In this document: positions 10,560 through 21,005 of the stretch, in pieces
Layout of the letters: every line of letters begins with the position of its first letter
Position numbering within the stretch: position 1 is the first letter of the stretch
DNA from: Nitrosopumilaceae archaeon
GTDB taxonomy: Archaea; Thermoproteota; Nitrososphaeria; Nitrososphaerales; Nitrosopumilaceae
DNA: 64,000 bases
Assembly (NCBI GenBank): GCA_965209085.1
Contig: OZ242376.1
Coordinates: 1,248,001-1,312,000 of the forward strand
Direction of reading: 5' to 3'
Position numbers and translations under genes: made by a program
Notes under the pieces: generated by a model
Databases searched by the model: none
What the model saw: the letters and a program-made list of their open reading frames with translations, nothing else
What the model was told of the DNA's origin: nothing

Positions 10560-11916
10560 AAATCTGCGCGGGCAAATTGACAAGATTACCGTGCAAATGA
10601 TGGAGCTTTTTAAAAAACGCGGGGATGCTGCGCGTCAGATTGGAGCCATAAAGGGCGCAAGCGGTAAAAACGTGCTAGATGTGGAGCGCGAGGAGCAGCT
10701 GCGGGCAAAAGTGCTCAAAGCATGCTCAGAGATTGATCTAGAAGATGGTGCCGGTACAAGACTGCTGAATTTTCTTTTAAATGAATCAGTAAAGGTCCAG
10801 TCAGATGAGGTTCCGCAAAGCACCCATTTGTCCATATTTGCAAAAGCAAAAAAAATGGAAAAAGACGGTGCAAAAATCATCCACATGGAAGTGGGCGAGC
10901 CGGATTTTTCCCACCCGGCTAAAATTGCAGAGCTGCTAAATGCTGCGTGTAAAAACGGGCGCGTAAAATATGGCGCACCTGAAGGCGATGCTGAATTTCG
11001 GACAAAGATTGCAGAGCATGCATCATCTGCATACGGTGTAAAAATAACACAGGAGAATGTTTTTGTGAGTGCTGGTGCAAGACATGCAATATACCTTGCA
11101 ATGGAAACTTTGTTAGAGTGCGGCGATGAGGTAATAATCATAGAGCCGGCATGGCCCGCATACGTGCAGTGCGCCACAAATGCCGGTGCAAAGGCAAGAA
11201 TAGTCCGGACAGTTATTGAAAACGGATGGGAGCCGTCCATACAGGAGATAAAATCAAAAATAAATTCCAATACAAAGATGATCATTTTAAATTATCCAAA
11301 CAATCCTACAGGAAAAATACTGCCAAATGATCTTTTGGATTCGGTATTAAACGTGGCAAAAGAAAACAATTTGTATGTTTTAAGCGACGAGATTTATTCC
11401 CGGTATGCTTATTCCATACCGCACAAGAGCGTTGCATCATACGGGTATGAAAAATCCATTGTGACGCAGTCGTTTTCAAAATCACACGCCATGACAGGAT
11501 TCCGCATAGGGTATGCAATAGCTGGAATTGACATTGTAAAAAAAATGGCCAAACTGCAGGCACTGTGCATGACAAGCGTCTGCGAGCCGGTCCAGTATGC
11601 GGCAATGAATGTGTTAAACGATGATGTCTCATCAAATGTCCGCATAATACAGGAGAGGCTTGATGCACTAGGCAAGGCATTGGATGGAACGCGATTGCAG
11701 GCATTTACACCAGATGGGGCAATGTACGTATTTTGCCGCCTCCCCGGAGGTCTTGACGGTACAGCACTTGCTGAAAAACTCCTAAAACACGGCGTGGCAG
11801 TGGCTCCAGGAGAGGCTTTTGGCCAATACCGCGATTATATTCGTATTTCTGCGTGCACAAATGTTGGACAGTTAAATAACGGTATAAAAATAATATCAAA
11901 CGTGGTAAACTCGTAA
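10546..11916 (+). CDS. chorismate mutase fused to class I/II PLP aminotransferase
   Basis: N-terminal LRGQID...R...IGAIK...D.ERE (AroQ-like); then GEPDF, NYPNNPTG, SDEIY, SFSKSHAMTGFRIGY. Confidence 0.9.
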   Translation: MAEIENLRGQIDKITVQMMELFKKRGDAARQIGAIKGASGKNVLDVEREEQLRAKVLKACSEIDLEDGAGTRLLNFLLNESVKVQSDEVPQSTHLSIFAKAKKMEKDGAKIIHMEVGEPDFSHPAKIAELLNAACKNGRVKYGAPEGDAEFRTKIAEHASSAYGVKITQENVFVSAGARHAIYLAMETLLECGDEVIIIEPAWPAYVQCATNAGAKARIVRTVIENGWEPSIQEIKSKINSNTKMIILNYPNNPTGKILPNDLLDSVLNVAKENNLYVLSDEIYSRYAYSIPHKSVASYGYEKSIVTQSFSKSHAMTGFRIGYAIAGIDIVKKMAKLQALCMTSVCEPVQYAAMNVLNDDVSSNVRIIQERLDALGKALDGTRLQAFTPDGAMYVFCRLPGGLDGTALAEKLLKHGVAVAPGEAFGQYRDYIRISACTNVGQLNNGIKIISNVVNS

Positions 11917-11917
11917 A

Positions 11918-12781
11918 ATGACCAAAGCTGTAAAAACCTTGGCAATACTTGGTGCTGGAGGAAGCATGGGCACATGGTTTTCAAAATATTTCCTAGGTCT
12001 AAAATACAAAGTTATCGGTTTTGATTCTGAAAAAGAGATAAAGGTAAAGGGAGTTGTCGGTGCAAATTCGCTTGTGGGTGCAATACTCACAGCAGACTAT
12101 GTACTCTTGTGTACCCCGCCGCGCAAAACTCCAGAGATAATACGGCTCATTGCAAAAGAGATGAAACGCGATGCGTATCTTATAGACATTGCATCACAAA
12201 AATCAAAGACATCATCAGCTTTAGCAAAGATACCTGCAAAAATAAATCCCGTATGCATACATCCAATGTTTGGACCCACGAGCACATCATTAAAGGGCAA
12301 AAATGTAATATCAATTCCAATACGCGATGCAAAAAAAGAGCTTACCCTAACAAAGGGTCTTTTTGAGGGCGCAAACTTTGTCACAATAGATGCAGCCGAA
12401 CACGACAAGAAAATTGCAGCCATACTCGGACTCACCCACATGGTCAACCTCATATTTGCAAACATCATATCAAAGGATGACAAGGCCGGCCTTACAGATA
12501 AAATGGCAGGTGCCACGTATAAAACGCAAAAGGTACTTGCCGAGGGAATCATGACCGAATCCCCGCAGCTCATAGAGGCAATCATATCAAATCCGGAACT
12601 GCGCCGTCTAGCTGAAGAGTTTTGGAAAGACATGGGCAGGATGCTCACAAGCGTGCAGGATACAAAGATTGAAGAAATTGTAACTTATATCAATACGTGC
12701 AAAGAACGCCTGAATGCAAATTCAGATGTTGCATTATCTGCTAAAAAAATGGCAGCCATATCGCGCGTACTAGAAAAATAA
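11918..12781 (+). CDS. tyrA: prephenate dehydrogenase
   Basis: GAGGSMG Rossmann motif, HPMFGP, EHDK..A..LGLTH. Confidence 0.88.
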   Translation: MTKAVKTLAILGAGGSMGTWFSKYFLGLKYKVIGFDSEKEIKVKGVVGANSLVGAILTADYVLLCTPPRKTPEIIRLIAKEMKRDAYLIDIASQKSKTSSALAKIPAKINPVCIHPMFGPTSTSLKGKNVISIPIRDAKKELTLTKGLFEGANFVTIDAAEHDKKIAAILGLTHMVNLIFANIISKDDKAGLTDKMAGATYKTQKVLAEGIMTESPQLIEAIISNPELRRLAEEFWKDMGRMLTSVQDTKIEEIVTYINTCKERLNANSDVALSAKKMAAISRVLEK

Positions 12782-12820
12782 ATACATTATACATTGTATG
12801 TGATTGTAATTTTATGCACT

Positions 12821-14194
12821 CTATGGTGTCTCGGTTCTAGCTGAATCCTGGGTTTTTTGCACCAGTTCTGACGGCTCATCTTTATCGTATTTTCTTTGCT
12901 GCGGGAGCATTACATAGACGCATGCGCCGCCGCACATTGTACACGGGACGTTGTTCCCAGGATGCTGCCCCGTACGTGAGTGTATGCGGGCAGCCTCTTC
13001 AGGATCAATAGATAGGGCTATCTGCGATTCCCAGTCAAGAGTGCGCCTAGCTTCGGTCATCTTTTGATCCCATTTTATGGCCTTTTCCCGCATCTTTACA
13101 AGGTCTGCTGCGTGTGCTGCAATTCTATATGCAATAAGACCTGCCTTTACCTCCTCAGAGTTTGGCAGTGCAAGATGCTCAGAGGGCGTAAGATAGCAGA
13201 GCAAATCCACACCCTCGCTTGCAGAGATTGCAGCTCCTATTGCGCTTGCAATATGATCGTGCCCTGATGCAATATCAGTTACAAGCGGACCTAGAACGTA
13301 ATATGGAACATCCCCGATGAGTGATTTTGCAAGGCGCACGTTTGCTGCAATCTCATTTAGCGGTACATGACCCGGTCCTTCAACCATTACCTGCACGTCT
13401 TTTTCATGCGCCCGTTTTGTCAGCCGTGCAACGTTTACCATCTCTTGCACCTGCAGCTCATCGTGTGAATCAAGAATGGATCCCGGACGCAGCGCATCGC
13501 CAAGACTGAATGTTACATCGTATTTGCGCGCAACCTCTACAAGATAGTCATAGTTTGAATAATACGGATTTTCTTTTTCGTATTTTAACATCCATGCGGC
13601 AGTAATAGTTCCGCCCTTGCTTACCACGCCGCCGTACCGCTTTACGTGCATTATGCGTTTTGCAATATCTTTTGTAATTCCCGCGTGTATTGTTGTATAA
13701 TCGACCCCGTCTTTTGCATTGTTTTCAAACGCGCGCAGAAAATCATCCTCGGTCATCTTCATCGGGTTTTTGTGATCCACTATTGCCTGATTGTACGCCT
13801 CGTATATTGGAACCGTGCCAAACGTTATGGGGGCTTCGGCCATCAGTGAGCGCCGTATATCCCCGACGTTGCCGCCATCGCTCAAATCCATTATTGTATC
13901 AGCATGATATTTCATCGCCGTATGCGCCTTTGCAATTTCAGCATCCAAATCAACGCTCAGGGTGGATGTGCCGATGTTTACGTTGACTTTGGTCTTCATG
14001 CCACGGCCTATCCCAACATTGTGTATGTGTTGAGGCCGTGCAGTATTGCTTGGTATTATTACAGAGCCTTTTGCAATGGCACGCACAAGCCATGTAAGCT
14101 CTACATCCTCATCGCGCGCAACCTGCCTCATCTGATCCGTTGGAACCCCGCGCCTTGCAGAGGACATCTGTGTTGCCATGTACAAGGGGTGCAC
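12821..14194 (-). CDS. thiC: phosphomethylpyrimidine synthase
   Basis: TKVNVNIGTS, ADTIMDLS, GDALRPG, EGPGHVP, CTMCGGAC. Confidence 0.96.
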   Translation of the reverse strand: MHPLYMATQMSSARRGVPTDQMRQVARDEDVELTWLVRAIAKGSVIIPSNTARPQHIHNVGIGRGMKTKVNVNIGTSTLSVDLDAEIAKAHTAMKYHADTIMDLSDGGNVGDIRRSLMAEAPITFGTVPIYEAYNQAIVDHKNPMKMTEDDFLRAFENNAKDGVDYTTIHAGITKDIAKRIMHVKRYGGVVSKGGTITAAWMLKYEKENPYYSNYDYLVEVARKYDVTFSLGDALRPGSILDSHDELQVQEMVNVARLTKRAHEKDVQVMVEGPGHVPLNEIAANVRLAKSLIGDVPYYVLGPLVTDIASGHDHIASAIGAAISASEGVDLLCYLTPSEHLALPNSEEVKAGLIAYRIAAHAADLVKMREKAIKWDQKMTEARRTLDWESQIALSIDPEEAARIHSRTGQHPGNNVPCTMCGGACVYVMLPQQRKYDKDEPSELVQKTQDSARTETP

Positions 14195-14289
14195 CTATGT
14201 GTGATTTAAGTAATAGCGTGATTGTCGATGTATTTGATCATTTGGGAAAATTATGACGACACAATGTTTCCTTAAAAACGAGGAAGGGT

Positions 14290-14346
14290 TGTAAGTGAAC
14301 TTACATGACCATATTCCAGATCCCCTTACCTAACTGTATATAGTTA
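14290..14346. promoter_or_regulatory. palindromes in the divergent thiC/thiD intergenic region (candidate operators)
   Basis: TGTAAGT-GA-ACTTACA (14290-14305) and TAACT-GTATAT-AGTTA (14331-14346). Confidence 0.35.
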
Positions 14347-14461
14347 TTATATTATATTAATATTTCAAAAATATTTGTGCCTAGCCCCCCAAGATGTTAC
14401 AAAACCGTGCCCTCATGTCCGCAACCGTTAGATAATTAGAATGCCCCGCTGTAAAAATGCC

Positions 14462-15757
14462 ATGAATGCGCTCACGATTGCCGGCTCAGACCCATCTAGT
14501 GGTGCAGGAATACAAAGGGATTTGCAGGTCTTTGAGAGACTTGGCCTTTACGGACTCTCTGCAATAACGGCGATAACTAGCCAGAATACGCGCGCATTTT
14601 ACAGGACAGAGTCAGTATCTGCAAAATCAGTTTCTGAGCAGATTGGTGCGATTTTGGAGGATTTTGATGTATCAGCTGTAAAAATTGGTATGCTGCACAC
14701 GATACCTGTGATGCGTGCCGTACAAAAACGCCTTAGAGATGTGAAATGTCCCATCATAGTGGATCCGGTTGTCTCATCCACCACAGGAGGTGTGCTGCTT
14801 GCAGCAGATACGATCAAAGAGTTTCAAAAGTGCATAATTCCCCTAGCGTACGCCATGACCCCAAACATGCGCGAATGCAGCATTATATCTGGTACAAAGT
14901 GCGGCAGTATTCAGGAAATTGAATCATCCGCATCCGCTCTAACTTTGATGGGAGCTAGAAACGTCATAGTTACCGGTGCAGTGTCAGGGAATATTGTGCG
15001 CGATTACATATTTGGTGAGAAAAAATTTTCCGTATCATACAAGAAAATACCAGCTGAGAATCACGGAGGCGGATGCACATTCTCATCTGCACTTGCAGGG
15101 TATATGGCATCAGGTAATTCTTTTGAAAAATCCGTCAAAATGGCAGGCAGTTTTGCCCAGAAATTTATAAAAAATGCCAAAAAGATTGGCGGCGGAATTG
15201 CCGTTGCAGGATCAAAGAGGGATGACTCATCAAGAGTTGAGCTTGCAGATGCCATCTGTGCATTCTCAAATATGAAAAATACATGCACCCTGATACCTGA
15301 ATGCCAGACAAATTTTGTGTACGCATCACCAAATCCAAAAACTGCAAAGGACGTACTAGGCGTTCAGGGGCGTATAGTGCGCACAGGTCAGAGTGTTACA
15401 GTATGCGGGGTAATAGCTGCCGGCGGCTCTAGGCACGTGGCATCAGCTGTAATTGAAATGTGTGCAAAATTTCCAACAGTGAGGGCGGCCATAAACATCA
15501 GATATGATGAATCAACCATAAAACGAATGAAAAATGCAAAAATGCGCACTGCCATGTATGAGAGAAGTTCAGAGCCGCCTAGCATCAAAAAGGCAAAAAG
15601 CGGGAGCATTCCATGGGGAATACGTATGGCAGTTAAAAATTCAAAAACTCCCCATGATGCAGTATATCATACGGGGGATCACGGAAAAGAGCCCATGATT
15701 TTGATTTTCGGCAGGACCCCATCGGATGTATTAGCCAAGGTTGCAAGGATAATCTAG
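14462..15757 (+). CDS. thiD: bifunctional HMP/HMP-P kinase - thiamine-phosphate synthase (ThiD-ThiN)
   Basis: TIAGSDPSSGAGIQ.D, HGGGCTFSSA; C-terminal IPECQTN, GGSRHVA, GKEPMI (ThiN). Confidence 0.93.
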   Translation: MNALTIAGSDPSSGAGIQRDLQVFERLGLYGLSAITAITSQNTRAFYRTESVSAKSVSEQIGAILEDFDVSAVKIGMLHTIPVMRAVQKRLRDVKCPIIVDPVVSSTTGGVLLAADTIKEFQKCIIPLAYAMTPNMRECSIISGTKCGSIQEIESSASALTLMGARNVIVTGAVSGNIVRDYIFGEKKFSVSYKKIPAENHGGGCTFSSALAGYMASGNSFEKSVKMAGSFAQKFIKNAKKIGGGIAVAGSKRDDSSRVELADAICAFSNMKNTCTLIPECQTNFVYASPNPKTAKDVLGVQGRIVRTGQSVTVCGVIAAGGSRHVASAVIEMCAKFPTVRAAINIRYDESTIKRMKNAKMRTAMYERSSEPPSIKKAKSGSIPWGIRMAVKNSKTPHDAVYHTGDHGKEPMILIFGRTPSDVLAKVARII

Positions 15758-15804
15758 CACGTGTATTTTGTGGTGCTTAAATAGTTCATAGAGCATTTAC
15801 ATGC

Positions 15805-16506
15805 ATGAAAGCGGTAATACTTGCAGGCGGTCTTGGAACAAGGCTGCAGCCGTACACGATGTTTGTGCCAAAGCCCATGCTTCCTTTAGGGGAAAAACCG
15901 CTTCTTGATCACATGATACGGTGGGCAAAAAAAAATGGCATAAAATCATTCGTTTTGTGCACGAGTTATCTTCACAGGGTCATAGAGGATTATTTTGAAG
16001 ACGGTGCAAGATTTGGCGTAAACATTGAATATTCAACTGTTGACAAACCGCTTGCGACTGCCGGACAGTTAAAGACCGCAGAAGAATTAATCGATGATAC
16101 GTTTGTCTGCATGTATGGGGATTCCGTCTTTGATTTTCCGCTGCGCAGTATGATATCGCGCCACAAACAGACCAAATCGTTTGTAACCATGGGTTTGTAC
16201 GAATATGAGACAAAGCTTGCATACGGCGTAATAGAAACGGGTCCGGGAGGCAGGGTGAAAAAATGGAGTGAAAAGCCGGCCATAAAGGCAAATATCAACA
16301 TGGGATGTTATGTTATGGAGCCGGGAATATTTGATTACATTCCAAAGGGCAAGCCGTACGGCATGGATGATCTTGTAAAAAAATCAATAGCTGCAAAAAA
16401 AAGGATTGGCAGTTTTACCACCAAAAAAGGATTTACGGATATAGGGGACAAGGATTCGTACCGTCAGGCAAATCAAATGTTTGTTCGAAAATTAGGAAAG
16501 ATTTAG
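15805..16506 (+). CDS. sugar-phosphate nucleotidyltransferase
   Basis: LAGGLGTRL.P.T..VPKPMLP, YGD, DIG. Confidence 0.9.
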   Translation: MKAVILAGGLGTRLQPYTMFVPKPMLPLGEKPLLDHMIRWAKKNGIKSFVLCTSYLHRVIEDYFEDGARFGVNIEYSTVDKPLATAGQLKTAEELIDDTFVCMYGDSVFDFPLRSMISRHKQTKSFVTMGLYEYETKLAYGVIETGPGGRVKKWSEKPAIKANINMGCYVMEPGIFDYIPKGKPYGMDDLVKKSIAAKKRIGSFTTKKGFTDIGDKDSYRQANQMFVRKLGKI

Positions 16507-16508
16507 CA

Positions 16509-16943
16509 TTGAAGGAGCTGCAGGTACGCAGATTGGAGCGCGGCGATTTGGAAAACGGTTTTTTAAAATCCCTTGATTCGCTGCGCCAAGCTTCCGGAAT
16601 AAGCGCAGCAAAGGCAGACGAGGTCTTTGAGCGCATAGAGTCAAATCCCAATCATAGTATTTTTGTCGCATTAAATGGGAGTAAAATAGTCGGCACGTGC
16701 ACACTTTTGATAGAATCCAAGTTTATTCATGAGGGCAGCATTGTTGGACACATAGAGGATGTATCAATTGATGCAGATTGCCAGGGTATGGGAGTCGGAT
16801 TATACCTGGTAAAGGCGGTGCTGAATGCGTCAAGTGAGATGGGATGCTACAAGACACTTTTGGATTGCCAGGATAATGTGGTAAAATTTTATGAAAAGAT
16901 TGGTTTTAAAAAATCCGCAACCACCATGAGATTTGACCACTAG
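16509..16943 (+). CDS. GNAT acetyltransferase, glucosamine-6-phosphate N-acetyltransferase-like
   Basis: KFIH...GHIEDV...QGMGVG, GCYK..LDC, FYEK.GF. Confidence 0.85.
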   Translation: MKELQVRRLERGDLENGFLKSLDSLRQASGISAAKADEVFERIESNPNHSIFVALNGSKIVGTCTLLIESKFIHEGSIVGHIEDVSIDADCQGMGVGLYLVKAVLNASSEMGCYKTLLDCQDNVVKFYEKIGFKKSATTMRFDH

Positions 16944-16988
16944 TACTTGTGTAAAATAATGCTGCAATATTGCAAGTAAAAGAGATCC

Positions 16989-17429
16989 TCAAAGATATCC
17001 TTTTTTGAGGCGTCGTACTTTACCCCGCAGTAAAAGCGTGCCGACAATAATTGTCGGAATGGAGACAGCTACAAGCACCAGAGGCAGCACCAATACAGAG
17101 GTGGTCAAATATGTATCATCCACGCCGCCAAGCTGCACTAGCGCTGTATACAGCATGCCAGCAAGCAGTACGCAGCCGCCCATGATTATCATATAGCCTA
17201 CAGGTTTTGAGCCATACCGCCTTGTCATGATAAACGAGACTGCGGACATTATCGAGGCCGGAGCCACGCCTATGGATATGAACTGGAGTATCTTTGGTTC
17301 AGGTTCTAGTATGAGTCGTAACAGGGTTTCAGGAGCTTCCTGCATAAAGTGATACAGTGTTATTATTTCCATTACAAATATCACATACAGTGCAAGTGCA
17401 GCAGCTGCAATGTATTTTTCAATGGCCAT
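16989..17429 (-). CDS. hypothetical 4-TM membrane protein
   Basis: Four hydrophobic segments; abuts the galT-like gene. Confidence 0.75.
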   Translation of the reverse strand: MAIEKYIAAAALALYVIFVMEIITLYHFMQEAPETLLRLILEPEPKILQFISIGVAPASIMSAVSFIMTRRYGSKPVGYMIIMGGCVLLAGMLYTALVQLGGVDDTYLTTSVLVLPLVLVAVSIPTIIVGTLLLRGKVRRLKKGYL

Positions 17430-18446
17430 TTACTCTATACCCACTAACACTGCAAGTTCTTTTCTGGACGTTTCTCCGAGTTTTTTTGCCGCATCCTCTG
17501 GAGATACGTTATTCAGGCATATGCCATATCCGCGCTCAAGACCTGACGTGGGTTCCATTATAGGATAAATCTCCACATGCCAGTGTATCTGTTTGCTGTG
17601 TTTTTTTTCCGGCGAGAGGTGAAATACAATATTGTATGCAGGATTGTTTGCCGTTTTTGCCAGTCCCCCAAGGACGGATCGCATCATGAGCGCAAGATCG
17701 TTTATTTCTTTTTGGGATATTTTTGCAAAGTTTGTCTCATGGCGTTTTGGACATATCCACATCTCATACGGATGCGCCGATTCCCACGGACATATTGCAG
17801 TAAACCCCTCTGTCTGTAAAACCTGTCTTGAACTCTTGGATTCGGATTCTATTATTTTGCACATTGGACAAAAGCCCTGCTCGTTTAGTATGTGTGCAGA
17901 TATGTCAATTTCCCGCTCTATGGCAGGAGGTATCGTCGAGAGGGTTATAATGTTCATGTGCGGATGCGGATACGTGCTTCCCGCAGCTTCTCCGTGGTTT
18001 GCATATATTGAAACGTATGTTACGCCTTTTTGCGTGTAAAGCCACCGCAGCCGGTCCTGGAGTACAACTAGGACGTTTGACCACTGATCAACTGCAATGT
18101 TTGAAAACGTATCATTTGCCTTTGGCGATGCTGCCACGACATAATGGTATCCGTATGCGGGATCTTTGGCGCACGGACCATCCTCGTAATCGTTTCCTGC
18201 ATCGAGTGTGACAATGGGGTTTTTGCTTTCAAATACGCGAATAGACCAGTTTTTTACAAACTCATCCTCGTTATCCTGCATCCTCTGCAGCATGCCGTCT
18301 TTTTCCACAAGCGAGAGAACCGAGAGATTTGTCATTGATTCGTTTCCAGGAGCTAGCGGTGATTTTTTGGGATCAGTTACAATGTCGTCTTTTTTCCGTA
18401 CAACCATAAAGTGATCCGAGAGATAACCCCTCCGTATGCTAGCCAT
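17430..18446 (-). CDS. galT: galactose-1-phosphate uridylyltransferase (HIT/GalT family)
   Basis: NHGEAAGSTYPHPH, CPMC, HWHVEIYP, SGLERG; start set at ATG 18446. Confidence 0.85.
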   Translation of the reverse strand: MASIRRGYLSDHFMVVRKKDDIVTDPKKSPLAPGNESMTNLSVLSLVEKDGMLQRMQDNEDEFVKNWSIRVFESKNPIVTLDAGNDYEDGPCAKDPAYGYHYVVAASPKANDTFSNIAVDQWSNVLVVLQDRLRWLYTQKGVTYVSIYANHGEAAGSTYPHPHMNIITLSTIPPAIEREIDISAHILNEQGFCPMCKIIESESKSSRQVLQTEGFTAICPWESAHPYEMWICPKRHETNFAKISQKEINDLALMMRSVLGGLAKTANNPAYNIVFHLSPEKKHSKQIHWHVEIYPIMEPTSGLERGYGICLNNVSPEDAAKKLGETSRKELAVLVGIE

Positions 18447-18608
18447 CAAAAATGATGAGACGGTGCGTGGGTTTAAACTCTTTGTTGTTTGCATATGCGC
18501 TTGCAAATCCGCATGGTATGAGATGGCAGTATTGAATGCGATCAAATGGTTTGTATTTTACTCAAAGTATAAAATATCCCGCACGAGTTTCAAAAATAGT
18601 GGTGCATT

Positions 18609-19886
18609 ATGGATAACTCTGAAATTCACATGGTATACGTTTTACTTGACGGAGTTGGGGATCTGCCCCATCCGGATTTAAACGGTAAAACCCCCCTGCA
18701 GGCAGCCCTTACGCCAAACATGGATAAAATTGCAAAGGCTGGAAGCATGGGAGAGGTCATATCCGTTGGAGAGGGAATTGCCCCGGAATCTGACATTGCA
18801 GTCTTTAACATGCTAGGATACAAATTCCGTCATGCAGATTATGTTGGCCGCGGCGTCATAGAGGCAATCGGAATTGGTACTGATTTCAAGGACGGAGATT
18901 TGGCGCTGCGCGGCAATTTTGCCACACTTGATGAAAACGGAGTGATTACAGACCGCAGGGCCGGAAGACATATCGAAAGAAAAGACGCACTTTGTGTGGC
19001 CAAAGAGCTTGAAGAAAAGATAAAATTTTCAGAGCCTGGCGTATCAGTTAGGGTACTGCCCACGATAGGCCACAGGGTTACTGTAATAATTAGTGCAGAT
19101 TGCAAAAATCTTTCATCAACGATAACCAATACGGATCCAGCGTATGCAAGAGTTGACGGCATGGGAATAGCAAAGGCGGTGGGTGACTTTTTACGCATAG
19201 ATAAATGCCATCCGATTGGCGAATCATCAGAGGCGGCACTGACTGCAAAACTGGTAAACGAGTTTACCGAACAGTCAATTGACATACTAGGTAAAAGTGC
19301 CACAAATGAATCCCGTAAAATGGCGAACAAAAAACAGCTTGGCTGCATACTGTTGCGTGATGCAGGTAACAGATATCCGGACGTTATGCCGATAAACGAG
19401 AAATATTCCATGAATTTCTCATGCATAGTTGACATGCCAGTTGAGATTGGCATATCCAAAGTTTTGAAAATGAAGGCATACGAGGCGGGAGGATTGACAG
19501 ATTATGAGGAAAAGGCAAGTGTTGCAGCCAATGCAATGCAGACTCAGAATGCAATATACGTGCACATCAAAGGTCCCGATGAGTTTGGCCACGACGGGGA
19601 TGCTACAGGAAAGATGCGCAATATTGAGGAGATTGACAAGAGATTTTTTGGAACGCTTCTTGAAAAAATAGACATTAAAAAGACCGCGGTTGTAATATCC
19701 GCGGATCATTCCACTCCGTGCATAAACAAAGGGCACAGCGACGATCCGGTTCCGGTAATAATATCCGGATGCGGTACGAAAACTGACGGCTCTGAGCGCG
19801 TTACTGAAGAATTTGCAAAAAAAGGCAGAATCGGACTGTTGGTAGGGGCGGACGTTCTTGCCAGAACCCTTGATGAGATTAGATAA
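18609..19886 (+). CDS. apgM: 2,3-bisphosphoglycerate-independent phosphoglycerate mutase (archaeal)
   Basis: LDGVGD, GRG..EA.G, HIKGPDEFGHDG, SADHSTP. Confidence 0.93.
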   Translation: MDNSEIHMVYVLLDGVGDLPHPDLNGKTPLQAALTPNMDKIAKAGSMGEVISVGEGIAPESDIAVFNMLGYKFRHADYVGRGVIEAIGIGTDFKDGDLALRGNFATLDENGVITDRRAGRHIERKDALCVAKELEEKIKFSEPGVSVRVLPTIGHRVTVIISADCKNLSSTITNTDPAYARVDGMGIAKAVGDFLRIDKCHPIGESSEAALTAKLVNEFTEQSIDILGKSATNESRKMANKKQLGCILLRDAGNRYPDVMPINEKYSMNFSCIVDMPVEIGISKVLKMKAYEAGGLTDYEEKASVAANAMQTQNAIYVHIKGPDEFGHDGDATGKMRNIEEIDKRFFGTLLEKIDIKKTAVVISADHSTPCINKGHSDDPVPVIISGCGTKTDGSERVTEEFAKKGRIGLLVGADVLARTLDEIR

Positions 19887-20439
19887 GAAACGGCGCCATG
19901 TTGCCGGATTCGCGCATGTCAGTTACAGTTGAGCGCAGCGCATCAATGTTGATTCTGCAGTATTCACCATTTGAATTGTTTAATTTTTCCAAAGCTCTGC
20001 CCAATATTGACGAGCATATATCATCTTCAAATTTTTGATGGTGCACCAATGCTGCAGCCACCAGTATGATTCCCTGTACAAGGGTTTTCTCCTGTCCGTC
20101 GCATTCTTTCCATACGCTCTCCAAAACTTCGTGGCATTCCCAAAACCTTTGGGTGTTAAAATATTCCACACCAAGTTTTATGGCATCATCTTTTGGAATG
20201 TATTTTTCAGTTATCAGGTTTGCACGCTCCAGTGACCCTATCGGCAAAAGCCTCTCGACTAGCTCATCAGTGGTCTTTGCATTGATTGAAATGTCAAATT
20301 CCACGCATTTTGCAGAAACCCTGCAGTCACGCACGATCATGTCCATTCCAGAACACATCTGCCTTGCATCATCCAAAAGTCGTTTTGCATTCTGCGGCAC
20401 GTATGCGCCGTTTACAAGATGCATCATATATCGTGCCAT
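19879..20439 (-). CDS. DUF309 domain protein
   Basis: FN...FWECHEVLE.VW...QGIILVAAALVH. Confidence 0.88.
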   Translation of the reverse strand: MARYMMHLVNGAYVPQNAKRLLDDARQMCSGMDMIVRDCRVSAKCVEFDISINAKTTDELVERLLPIGSLERANLITEKYIPKDDAIKLGVEYFNTQRFWECHEVLESVWKECDGQEKTLVQGIILVAAALVHHQKFEDDICSSILGRALEKLNNSNGEYCRINIDALRSTVTDMRESGNMAPFLI

Positions 20440-20525
20440 ATGCAGTCATTCTTTTTTGCTCATCTAAAGTTTCACATTAAAATTCAATTAAGGTTTATAT
20501 GCGCTTTTAGTAACGTTTTTTTTAA

Positions 20526-21005
20526 ATGTCGGCAATTCAGGGAAAAACAGACTTTGAGAATACATTTCTATCCAGACGTGAGATTACGTGTGATTTTAAC
20601 GGTCTTGGAGGCAGTCTGACAAAATTGCAGGCTCTAGAAATGGTGACAAAGGAATACAACCTTGGTGGCAAAACCGTTATTCCAATCATACTTAAAAATC
20701 ACGTGGGAAGAACCCAGATTACTGGCACTTTTTACGTATACGAGGATGAAAAATTGGCAAAATCCCACATCATTCCAAACATACTTGCAAGACTTGAAAA
20801 GGCAAACGCCAAAGCTGCAGAAAAGATCGAAGCTGCGGCAAAAGAAAAAGCAAGTGCTGATGAGGCTGCAAAAGAAAAAGCAAGTGCTGATGAGGCTGCA
20901 AAAGAAAAAGCAAGTGCTGATGAGGCTGCAAAAGAAAAAACTGATGCTCCTGCAAAAAAGGATGATAAACAAGATGCAAAATCCGATAAAGAGGTCTCAT
21001 CATAA
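20526..21005 (+). CDS. rps24e: 30S ribosomal protein S24e with repetitive C-terminal extension
   Basis: N.FLSRREI..., G...ITG...VYED; upstream TATA (tttatat 20494-20500); followed by S27ae. Confidence 0.88.
   Translation: MSAIQGKTDFENTFLSRREITCDFNGLGGSLTKLQALEMVTKEYNLGGKTVIPIILKNHVGRTQITGTFYVYEDEKLAKSHIIPNILARLEKANAKAAEKIEAAAKEKASADEAAKEKASADEAAKEKASADEAAKEKTDAPAKKDDKQDAKSDKEVSS
20838..20939. repeat. 30-bp tandem repeat x3.4 (AKEKASADEA)
   Basis: gcaaaagaaaaagcaagtgctgatgaggct repeated perfectly. Confidence 0.95.

Noticed and set aside
14195-14460. TPP riboswitch upstream of thiC/thiD
   Set aside because: No CTGAGA / CCTGA...AATxC...GxAGG consensus found on either strand
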